A stretch of DNA of 61,040 nt, filler included. It is 8 parts of 8 records of this genome, joined end to end, with 100 filler letters (N's around TTAATTAATTAA, not from the genome) between each part and the next. Parts side by side here need not be neighbours in the genome. Positions count along the whole stretch, not along the records: positions 28,281 to 34,744 come from SRR31156797_23567; positions 34,845 to 43,127 come from SRR31156797_23592; 6 more parts are not named here. One strand, given 5' to 3'. The translations under genes and the position numbers were made by a program. How positions within the stretch are numbered: the first letter of the stretch is position 1; each line of letters begins with the position of its first letter. Under the pieces are notes generated by a model that searched no databases, was not told where the DNA came from, and saw only the letters and a program-made list of their open reading frames with translations. Of this stretch, positions 28,680 through 36,451 are shown piece by piece.

Positions 28680-29377
28680 CTATGTAATCCAGTAAATTTT
28701 TTATTATATTTTTGATTGAAAATATATACACAAAGTAAAACTATAAAACTGATTATCAACATAATTGCACTATAAATATGAGCAGAACTATAATCAATAA
28801 TCTCTACAAACTCATAAATAGCAACTGCTGCAACTTTTGTTTCCCCAGGAATACTTCCACCTACCATTAAAACAACTCCAAACTCTCCAACTGTATGAGC
28901 AAAAGTTACTATAGTTGCTGTCATAAGTGCTGGTTTGATATTTGGTAAAGCTACTTTGATTAAAGTTTCAAATTTACTTTTTCCTGCTACATAACTTGCT
29001 TCAAGCATATTTTTATTTATACTTTCAAAACCGCTTTGTAAAGGTTGAACCATAAAAGGCAAAGAGTAAAAACAACTAGCAATTACAACACCCGTAAAAT
29101 TAAATACAAGTTTTATTCCTAATACTTCATCAAAGAAGCTTCCCACAGGAGAATTAATAGATAAAGACCAAAGAATATAAAAACCTATTACAGAAGGAGG
29201 TAATACAATTGGTAAAGCAGTCACTGCTTCTATAAAGGGTTTTGCCCTAGATTTGGTTTGAGATAAATACCAAGCTAGAGGCAAAGAAAAAATAAAAAGT
29301 ATGATAGTAGTGATAAGGGCTAATTTAAATGAAATTAGCAAAGGGTTTAAATCTAGATTTGTAATTGCTTCAATCAT
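28676..29377 (-). CDS. modB: Molybdate ABC transporter permease
   Basis: LPIVLPPSVIGF, YSLPFMVQP, FAHTVGEFGVVLMVGG.IPGET. Confidence 0.93.
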   Translation of the reverse strand: MIEAITNLDLNPLLISFKLALITTIILFIFSLPLAWYLSQTKSRAKPFIEAVTALPIVLPPSVIGFYILWSLSINSPVGSFFDEVLGIKLVFNFTGVVIASCFYSLPFMVQPLQSGFESINKNMLEASYVAGKSKFETLIKVALPNIKPALMTATIVTFAHTVGEFGVVLMVGGSIPGETKVAAVAIYEFVEIIDYSSAHIYSAIMLIISFIVLLCVYIFNQKYNKKFTGLHR

Positions 29378-29771
29378 TACTTATCTCCATTATTGCTAAA
29401 TCACTTGCTTTAAATAGTAAAACTATATCTTCGTTTAAAAACAAGTTCATTTTCTCCAAAGAGTTTGTTGTAATAACTGCTTCAATTAATGTTCCATTTA
29501 CATCGCATATTACACTACTTAGTAATTCACCTATTTCTAAATTAGATATCTTTCCAAGGAGTTTATTTGAAGAACTTAAAAGTCCTTCAAAGTTTTTTGC
29601 TAAGGTTATGTTTGTAGGTTTTATGCTCAATAGAACTTTTTTATCTTCTTTCACCTTCTCATCTAAATCCAAACTAATCATTGTAAGAGTGTTTGTATTA
29701 AATGAAAAAGAGACTAGATTTAAACTCTGTTTACTTTTTATTTTTGTAACTATTGCCTCTAGTTTATTCAT
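29370..29771 (-). CDS. Tandem TOBE/Mop (molbindin-like) protein
   Basis: SSSNKLLGKI, EAVITTNS, FKASD motifs; inside the mod operon. Confidence 0.85.
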   Translation of the reverse strand: MNKLEAIVTKIKSKQSLNLVSFSFNTNTLTMISLDLDEKVKEDKKVLLSIKPTNITLAKNFEGLLSSSNKLLGKISNLEIGELLSSVICDVNGTLIEAVITTNSLEKMNLFLNEDIVLLFKASDLAIMEISND

Positions 29772-30514
29772 GGTACTAAATATCCAAATTCTTTAAATAT
29801 TTTTTTTGCTTTCTCGCTTAAAATAAAGTCATAAAAAGCTTTTACTTCTTTATTCTTATCAGCATTTTTTAGAATAATAATTCCTTGATTAATTGGTGTA
29901 TATAGTTTTGGGTCAACATCAGTCCAATTAATTCCTTCTTTATACTTTGCCATCTTGTCACTATATAAAGATGACTTAGCAATAAATCCAAGTTCTGCTG
30001 CTGTAATTGCATAAGATACAGTTTGAGAGATAGATTCTGCATAAACAAACTTCTTTTCAATACTTTTATATAGTTTTGCATTCTTTAAAGCTTCAACTGC
30101 AGCTTTTCCATAAGGAGCTGTTTTAGGGTTTGCTATTGCAATTTTTTCAATATTTTCTTCACTTACAATATTTATTCCCTTTGAAAAATCTTGTTTTTTA
30201 GAACTTAAAATTGCAAGACTTCCTTGAGCATAAATCAATGGCTTAGTTAAACTTAACCCATCATTGTCTAAAGTGATTGGATACTTCATATTTGCAGCCA
30301 TAAATAGCTGATATGGAGCTCCATTTTTTATTTGAGCTGTTAACTTACCACTACTTCCTAAAGTAACTAATACTTTAGTATCAGGGTTTTGTTTATTAAA
30401 CTCTTTTATTAAATCATCAATTGCATAACTTACGTTTGCTGCAACTGCGATATTTATTGTGTTTGCTACTAAACTTGAAGTTAAAACAAACAATAAAAAT
30501 AAAAACTTTTTCAT
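29768..30514 (-). CDS. modA: Molybdate-binding periplasmic protein
   Basis: AVAAN, GSSGKL.AQI.NGAP, IANPKTAPYG.AA. Confidence 0.93.
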   Translation of the reverse strand: MKKFLFLLFVLTSSLVANTINIAVAANVSYAIDDLIKEFNKQNPDTKVLVTLGSSGKLTAQIKNGAPYQLFMAANMKYPITLDNDGLSLTKPLIYAQGSLAILSSKKQDFSKGINIVSEENIEKIAIANPKTAPYGKAAVEALKNAKLYKSIEKKFVYAESISQTVSYAITAAELGFIAKSSLYSDKMAKYKEGINWTDVDPKLYTPINQGIIILKNADKNKEVKAFYDFILSEKAKKIFKEFGYLVP

Positions 30515-30515
30515 C

Positions 30516-31298
30516 TTATTTTCCTATCATTATATCACTTGATTTTATGATTGCACATACTTGCATTTCTTCTTTCAAGTCTAATGTTTTAATGGAGTTT
30601 GTAGTAATTACAGATACTACAGAATCTCCATTTCCTATATCAACTACTAATTCAGAGTTTATTACATCTTTAGTAATAGCCGAAACTTTTCCATCAAATT
30701 TATTTCTAGCACTTAAAGCAATATTTGTATCTGTACTTATAAGTACATTACTTGATTTAAAAAATGCAGTAACTTCATCACCTTTTTTTATATCTAAATC
30801 TTGAGCAGCAGTTTTAGTTATATTAGAGACTAACGTATTTCCACTTTTTAACTTAATAAGAACTTGGGCGTTAACTTCTGAAAGTATTATTGAATCAACA
30901 ATACCTTGTATTTGATTTCTGGCACTAATTTGCATTGCTAGTCTCCCTATTGTTTTAAGTGTTCCTGTATCTATATCAGTCATCTGTTTTAATCTATTTA
31001 AAAAACTTTTTTGTTCTTGCTTTAAAAATAAATATGTCTTCAATAAATTCTCACCATAAGGAGTTAATGAAGTACCACCTCCACCTTTTCCACCTTTTTC
31101 TGTAGTAACTACAGCTTGTGAAGATAGATTGTTCATAGTATCAACTGCTTCCCATGCCTTTTTATAACTCATGGGCACTTCTTTAGAAGCTTTACTTATT
31201 GAACCACATTTTTGTATTGCAAAAAGAAGATCAATCCTTTTCTCTAACAAAAAGGGTTGATCTAATAGTTCTAGGGTCAAATTTGATGAAATTTCCAA
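30516..31298 (-). CDS. modE: Molybdate-responsive regulator ModE (wHTH + two TOBE)
   Basis: GSISKA...MSYKKAWEAV, GGKGGGGTSLT, SARNQ and SARNK. Likely TTG start at 31298 after an AAGGAA RBS. Confidence 0.92.
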   Translation of the reverse strand: MEISSNLTLELLDQPFLLEKRIDLLFAIQKCGSISKASKEVPMSYKKAWEAVDTMNNLSSQAVVTTEKGGKGGGGTSLTPYGENLLKTYLFLKQEQKSFLNRLKQMTDIDTGTLKTIGRLAMQISARNQIQGIVDSIILSEVNAQVLIKLKSGNTLVSNITKTAAQDLDIKKGDEVTAFFKSSNVLISTDTNIALSARNKFDGKVSAITKDVINSELVVDIGNGDSVVSVITTNSIKTLDLKEEMQVCAIIKSSDIMIGK

Positions 31299-31312
31299 GG
31301 CATTCCTTTTTT

Positions 31313-31336
31313 CTTTATATACTATAGTAAACAACG
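31313..31336. promoter_or_regulatory. ModE box 1
   Basis: Minus strand CGTTGTTTA-N6-TATATAAAG versus consensus CGnTATATA-N6-TATATAnCG; just upstream of the modE RBS. Confidence 0.65.
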
Positions 31337-31374
31337 CGTTGCATAAAAAAAAGATTCATGCATCAAAATCGTAG

Positions 31375-31398
31375 CGTTATATACCTTAATACATATTG
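31375..31398. promoter_or_regulatory. ModE box 2
   Basis: CGTTATATA-CCTTAA-TACATATTG. Confidence 0.7.
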
Positions 31399-31442
31399 AA
31401 TCTAATTATTTATATTTTTGTATGTAGCCTAAAAGCTACATA

Positions 31443-32285
31443 CTAGTTATTTAAAGAGTCTTCTACTTTTTGTACTTCAGAAGATGAACCAAAATAAATT
31501 GGTGTTTTATCATGTAGTTCTACATTTGTCATATCTAAAATACGACCTTTTTGACTAATTGCTCTTCCACCTGCTTGCTCAATAATATATGAGATAGGGA
31601 AGGCTTCAAATAGTACTTCTAGTTTTCCATCAGGGAAAGATTTTGTTGCAGGAGATGAATATAAACCACCTCTTTTAAATAAAATTTGGTGTGTATCTAA
31701 AGCTAAAGAATCAGAATATCTTAGTCTATATCCTTCATTAAAAAAGCTTTCTATTAACTCTTTGTGTTCTTTTGTCCATTCACTAGCAACTCCACCAGTA
31801 GAATTGATTTTTCCTTTTTTCTCTAAAGTTAAAGGGTCTTGTTCTATAAACTCACCATCTTCATAAGAGAAGTAAACTACACCTTCAGATTTTGAAGCAA
31901 ATACTAATTGGAAAGTTGGTCCATAAGTAATATACATAGCTGCTTTTAAATGGAAAGCATCCATTTGATGTTCATAAATTCCAAAAATAGTCCCTAATGA
32001 AAAGTCAACATCTAATAAATCTACATTATCAATAGCAACATAAGAAATTTTATATTTTCCGTTTTCATTTATTGTTGTGTAGTCTTTATTGTCTTTTCCA
32101 ATAAAACCATGAACTGATTTTACTCTTTTGAACTCTCTTTCAATAATCTTTGAACAATAATCATGAACACTATCATGCATTTGTTGGTCATTTAGTCCAC
32201 TTGATAAAAACTTTTCACAATCAACAAATACGTTTTTTTCTATATCTTCTGCAATATTTGTAATGGCATTAAAAACTGCAATCAT
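31443..32285 (-). CDS. Class 1 FBPase-like protein lacking catalytic metal ligands (pseudo-FBPase)
   Basis: Keeps GTIFGIY, YITYGP, GYRLRYS, HQIL.KRGG, GKL..LFE.FP, EQAGG, TPIYFGS. DPLDGS reads VAIDNV; SEE reads GKD. Confidence 0.8.
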   Translation of the reverse strand: MIAVFNAITNIAEDIEKNVFVDCEKFLSSGLNDQQMHDSVHDYCSKIIEREFKRVKSVHGFIGKDNKDYTTINENGKYKISYVAIDNVDLLDVDFSLGTIFGIYEHQMDAFHLKAAMYITYGPTFQLVFASKSEGVVYFSYEDGEFIEQDPLTLEKKGKINSTGGVASEWTKEHKELIESFFNEGYRLRYSDSLALDTHQILFKRGGLYSSPATKSFPDGKLEVLFEAFPISYIIEQAGGRAISQKGRILDMTNVELHDKTPIYFGSSSEVQKVEDSLNN

Positions 32286-32358
32286 AAATTTTAGCCTCTT
32301 TTATTTTTTAATTAATTAGTATTTATAATATCAAGTAATTGATTAAAGCCCTATAAGG

Positions 32359-33336
32359 CTAGTTCACTAATCTCTTTGCTAGGTTAAGCAACTCTTCTTT
32401 TATCTCATACTTTGAAGAGTTCACATAATCAATTGATACAAACTCAAACTCACCTTTATTATAAACAATTACACTACTTGTAAACTCATCTTTAAAGATT
32501 TCATCAATTGCAAAAGTCACAAACTCTGATGCCATAAGCCTGTCATATACTGTTGGATTTCCACCCCTTTGAATATGACCTAAGATAGTTGCTCTTGTTT
32601 CAATTCCTACATCTTCTTCAAGCCATCTAACAAGTTCATTCGTAGTTGTACATTTATTTTTAGAACAACCTTCTGCAACAACACAAACTATGTATTTTCT
32701 TCCGTTTTTAAGCTCTTCTTTTAATCTTTTACCTATAACATGTAAATCATAATCAAGCTCTGGAATCATACAAACCTCAGCCCCACAAGTAATAGCAGAA
32801 ACAAGGGCTAAATATCCACAATCTCTTCCCATAGTCTCTATTACACAAGCTCTTTTAAATGAAGCAGAAGTATCTCTTATGGCATCTGTTGCTTCTCTAA
32901 TAATATTTAAAGCAGTATCAACACCTAAGCAGTACTCTGTTCCAAAAATATCATTATCAATAGTTGCTGGGATTCCTACAAACTTTACACCAAAGTCTTT
33001 ATAAAACTGATTTAAAGCTCTAAATGAACCATCTCCACCTAAAATAATAAGCTTATCAACTCCATGCTTTTGTAAGTTTTCAAAGGCTTGTTTTCTATAC
33101 TCTAATTCAAAAAATCTTTTTGACCTTGAAGACCTTATTTTAGTTCCACCTTCATGCATAATTCCAGCAACATCATCAAAGGTAGCTTCTTTTATATTTC
33201 CGTCAATTAAACCTTCTAGTCCATCAAATACTAAAAAAGGTTTAATCCCTTTTGTAAAACAATAATCTACAAACTGCTTAATTGCAGGATTCATTCCTGC
33301 ACAATCTCCACCAGAAGTTAATATTGCTATTGCCAT
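32359..33336 (-). CDS. pfkA: ATP-dependent 6-phosphofructokinase
   Basis: LTSGGDCAGMN, GGDGS, GIPATIDND, ETMGRDCG, VAEG, LGHIQRGG. Confidence 0.93.
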   Translation of the reverse strand: MAIAILTSGGDCAGMNPAIKQFVDYCFTKGIKPFLVFDGLEGLIDGNIKEATFDDVAGIMHEGGTKIRSSRSKRFFELEYRKQAFENLQKHGVDKLIILGGDGSFRALNQFYKDFGVKFVGIPATIDNDIFGTEYCLGVDTALNIIREATDAIRDTSASFKRACVIETMGRDCGYLALVSAITCGAEVCMIPELDYDLHVIGKRLKEELKNGRKYIVCVVAEGCSKNKCTTTNELVRWLEEDVGIETRATILGHIQRGGNPTVYDRLMASEFVTFAIDEIFKDEFTSSVIVYNKGEFEFVSIDYVNSSKYEIKEELLNLAKRLVN

Positions 33337-33338
33337 TT

Positions 33339-34376
33339 TTAACCTTTTTTCTCTTTTTTAGTTGTTATATCTGACATTAAAACGGCTATCCATTGAGTAC
33401 TAGTATTTGAACTAAAGGCTATTTTTAAAGTCATAGTAATTGGAACAGCTAGGAACATTCCAACTATTCCTAAAACCCATCCCCAAAGAATAAGAGAGAA
33501 GAAGATAACTAAAGGAGATAAACCTAACTCTTTTCCCATAAGTTTAGGTTCAATAATATTACTAATTGAGATATTGATAGTAACATAAAATACAATTAGT
33601 GCAATTGTTGTATTTAAATCTACACTAACTAAAGATAAAAGTACCGCGGGAATTGCTGCAATAATAGAACCTACTACTGGAACAAAGTTAAATAGCATTG
33701 CAATTACACCCCAAAGTACTGGATAATCAACACCAAAGATTATAAGTCCTATAGCTATTATAAATCCTGTTAAAAAACTTGTTGTACTTTTTACTAAAAA
33801 GTACTTTTGAATATTGTGTGAAAACTGATTAAAGTGTTCTAACTCTTCTCTTTTTTGTTTGAAAATAACTTTTAACTTCTTTTCAAAGGATTTTGATTCT
33901 GCAAGAATAAAGGCAACCCCAATAACAATAAGTAAAAACTTAGAAAGGAAAGTTCCAATACTTCCAATTATATTCGTTGTAAAACCAAAAAATGAACTAA
34001 AATTAAGTGCATCTAAAATCATTTTTTTATCTACTGCTATTCCATAACTCTCACCTAAAGCAATTGTATTTACAACTAAGCCTTGCAACTGCTTTTCATA
34101 TTGAGGTATATTTTCAATAAAGTTTTTCAAAGAGTTATTAACAATATAGCCTAAAAGTAAAGATATCAATACAAAAATACAAATTACTAAAACATATGAG
34201 ATTACTCTTGGTATATGCTTTTTCTCTAAAAACCTTAAAAGTGTAGAAAAAATTGAAGAAATGAATATTGCTAAAAATAGTATAACTACAATTTCACTGG
34301 CAACTTTTAAACCTGCAATTATTACTACCAAAGTAGCTAAATAAAAAAAATAGTGTCTTATATTTATTGCATCCAA
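33339..34376 (-). CDS. AI-2E family transporter
   Basis: LFNFVPVVGS, NIIEPKLMGKELGLSP, WGWVLGIVGMFLAVP. Confidence 0.9.
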   Translation of the reverse strand: MDAINIRHYFFYLATLVVIIAGLKVASEIVVILFLAIFISSIFSTLLRFLEKKHIPRVISYVLVICIFVLISLLLGYIVNNSLKNFIENIPQYEKQLQGLVVNTIALGESYGIAVDKKMILDALNFSSFFGFTTNIIGSIGTFLSKFLLIVIGVAFILAESKSFEKKLKVIFKQKREELEHFNQFSHNIQKYFLVKSTTSFLTGFIIAIGLIIFGVDYPVLWGVIAMLFNFVPVVGSIIAAIPAVLLSLVSVDLNTTIALIVFYVTINISISNIIEPKLMGKELGLSPLVIFFSLILWGWVLGIVGMFLAVPITMTLKIAFSSNTSTQWIAVLMSDITTKKEKKG

Positions 34377-34377
34377 A

Positions 34378-34743
34378 CTACTGTTCCTTTTGGTTATTTT
34401 CTTCTAGAACCTGTGATAACGTTTTAAACTCTTCTATGTTTTTAGGTTCAATATTTACTATATCAGCTAAAGACTTAACTCCCATTGATAAAAGATACTG
34501 TAAATTTGAATCAAAAGTTGCTTCTTCTATAACTCTGATTTTGTCTTTATGTACTTCAAACATATATCCACCATTTGGAATAGGTGTCATTGATAAAACA
34601 ACTGTATAATGATCTTTAAGTACAGACTCTTTTGTTGAATACATTAATCCGATATTATAATCATCTTTAGAGAAACCAGAGATTAAAACAACAAGTACTT
34701 TTTTCTCACCAGATTTTGAAGTATTAAAAATATTTACTAACTC
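34378..34743 (-). CDS. DUF502 family protein, C-terminal part (5'-truncated)
   Basis: Frame open from the contig edge: ELVNIF...YNIGLMY...YTVVLSMTPIPNGGYMF (compare VFVPTTPNPTSG). Confidence 0.6.
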   Translation of the reverse strand, partial: ELVNIFNTSKSGEKKVLVVLISGFSKDDYNIGLMYSTKESVLKDHYTVVLSMTPIPNGGYMFEVHKDKIRVIEEATFDSNLQYLLSMGVKSLADIVNIEPKNIEEFKTLSQVLEENNQKEQ

Positions 34744-34744
34744 T

Positions 34745-34844
34745 NNNNNNNNNNNNNNNNNNNNNNNNNNNNNNNNNNNNNNNNNNNNTTAATTAATTAA
34801 NNNNNNNNNNNNNNNNNNNNNNNNNNNNNNNNNNNNNNNNNNNN
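34745..34844. other. Artificial contig spacer
   Basis: N44-TTAATTAATTAA-N44. Confidence 0.98.
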
Positions 34845-34912
34845 TCTTTTCTCTTTTTTTCCTTTTTGTTTCTTACCTCTTTTTTGTTGAATGTTTCCTG
34901 CGATCTTCCCAT
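34845..34912 (-). CDS. Bacteroidota cold-shock-domain protein, basic N-terminus (3'-truncated)
   Basis: MGRSQETFNKKEVRNKKEKKRK matches the N-terminal extension of Bacteroidota CSD proteins. Not in the ORF track. Confidence 0.65.
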
Positions 34913-35249
34913 ATAAATATTTTTGATGACTAAAATTAGATATAAAAAATTATATTATCAAGTGCTAATAAACTTGAATATAATTAAAACAATTGTTTCG
35001 ATTTAAAAGTTCTTATGAAATTTAAATCTTATAACCTATTCGGTTCGGTTTTAATTATAAGTATGTTATTACCAAAAAATGAGACTTAAAAAAGAGAACA
35101 ATATTAAACCAATAATGGAGTAAATTAGCAAAAGACGGTACAAATTCTTAAATCTTAAATTCGGGACAAAAGTAATATTTTATTTTGAGTAAAACTAAAA
35201 GGTTTTTTATGGCTTGATTAATAGTATATTAGTTTCTGAAAAGGTGGAA

Positions 35250-35693
35250 TTAATTGCGTGTTCCAATTCCCTCGTTGCCGCTGTCCAGAATGTATTTCCA
35301 GTTTCCGTTCTCATCTTTTTTCCAAATTGAAACATAAGTTCCTTTCTCAACTAAAGTGTCGGTTTTTATGGTGTAAATACCGTATGTGTAACCCAATTCT
35401 CCCGAATGTGAAATCTCGCCGTTTAATGGTTCCCACGAAAAATGAATACCTTCTGTTTTAGCATCATTAAAAAGTTTTGTTATTTCTGCCTTACCCATAA
35501 CCGGCATGCTGTTTTCGCGTAATAAAACTGCATTGGGGTGGGCAAATTCAATAAATGCAATGTTGTATCCCATTTCAACTGCGGTGTCAGAAAAATTTCT
35601 ATCGGTTTCAAAAAGTATCTCAACATTTGGTTGTTCTGAAGTTTGGCAGGAAATCATCAAAAAACAAAGTCCAACTAAAACGGAAGTTTTCAT
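35250..35693 (-). CDS. NTF2/DUF4440 (YybH-like) lipoprotein
   Basis: Lipobox MISC; SWEP....S.SGELGYTYG, GTYVSIWKK..NGNWK...DSG. Confidence 0.8.
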   Translation of the reverse strand: MKTSVLVGLCFLMISCQTSEQPNVEILFETDRNFSDTAVEMGYNIAFIEFAHPNAVLLRENSMPVMGKAEITKLFNDAKTEGIHFSWEPLNGEISHSGELGYTYGIYTIKTDTLVEKGTYVSIWKKDENGNWKYILDSGNEGIGTRN

Positions 35694-35711
35694 AATAAGC
35701 AGGTTTATGTT

Positions 35712-36212
35712 TTAAAGTAACAATTTGTAGATCTTGTAATTTTCTTCATCGAACACACAAAAAATTACTTGATCTATTTTATCGTTTTCCTGAAGAAAGG
35801 TTTTAACCGTTTTTATTGCAATTTGAGCTGCATCCGATTTTGGAAAACCATAAACTCCGGTGCTGATATTAGGAAATGCCAGCGATTTTACGTTATTTTT
35901 CACAGCCAGTTTCAAACTATTGATATAACACATTGCCAGTTTTACGTGTTCATTGTATTTCCCCCCGTTCCAAACAGGGCCAACAGTGTGAATAACAAAT
36001 TTAGAAGGTAGTTTATATCCACCGGTAATTTTTGCTTCTCCGGTTTCGCAACCATTTAATAACCTGCATTCTTCTAATAATTCTATTCCTGCAGCCCGGT
36101 GAATTGCACCATCTACACCGCCGCCGCCCAGCAGAGTTTTGTTTGCTGCGTTTACAATTGCATCTACTTTTAAAGTAGTTATATCGCCCTGGTGAAGTAT
36201 AATTTTTTCCAT
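35712..36212 (-). CDS. ymdB: Macro-domain O-acetyl-ADP-ribose deacetylase (YmdB-like)
   Basis: [48 protein letters not shown]. Confidence 0.92.
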   Translation of the reverse strand: MEKIILHQGDITTLKVDAIVNAANKTLLGGGGVDGAIHRAAGIELLEECRLLNGCETGEAKITGGYKLPSKFVIHTVGPVWNGGKYNEHVKLAMCYINSLKLAVKNNVKSLAFPNISTGVYGFPKSDAAQIAIKTVKTFLQENDKIDQVIFCVFDEENYKIYKLLL

Positions 36213-36375
36213 ATTAAATTTATGAATACTGTTTTATCTTCAAAATTTTAAAAAAAGTCGAAAACCATGTGCAAGCAGATTAAAATATTTCGACGAATTG
36301 GCGTTTAATATGATTGTATTTTAAATTCCGGAATAAAAATCAATGTTGTTTTAAGTTACAGTTTAAAACAAAAAA

Positions 36376-36433
36376 CCATCTGAAATTAAGCAAAAGAATA
36401 AAAGTAAAGCTAAGTAAAATCAGATGGTCTTTT
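36376..36433. terminator. Putative terminator hairpin downstream of the M16 gene
   Basis: ACCATCTGA ... TCAGATGGT arms flanked by A and T tracts, with an unusually long loop. Confidence 0.4.
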
Positions 36434-36451
36434 TATGAATTTTATAAAACG

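Noticed and set aside
22634-32285. Treating the canonical fbp and the pseudo-FBPase as one genome's pair
   Set aside because: Both contigs look Arcobacter-like but a shared genome cannot be shown; used only as a motif comparison.
7795-34744. Apparent metal-cofactor island (lar Ni genes, mobB, mod operon)
   Set aside because: The genes are on different contigs; adjacency is an artefact of concatenation.
35712-36212. Macro domain as part of a toxin-antitoxin or defence system
   Set aside because: Ordinary stand-alone YmdB type; no ADP-ribosyltransferase or sirtuin adjacent.
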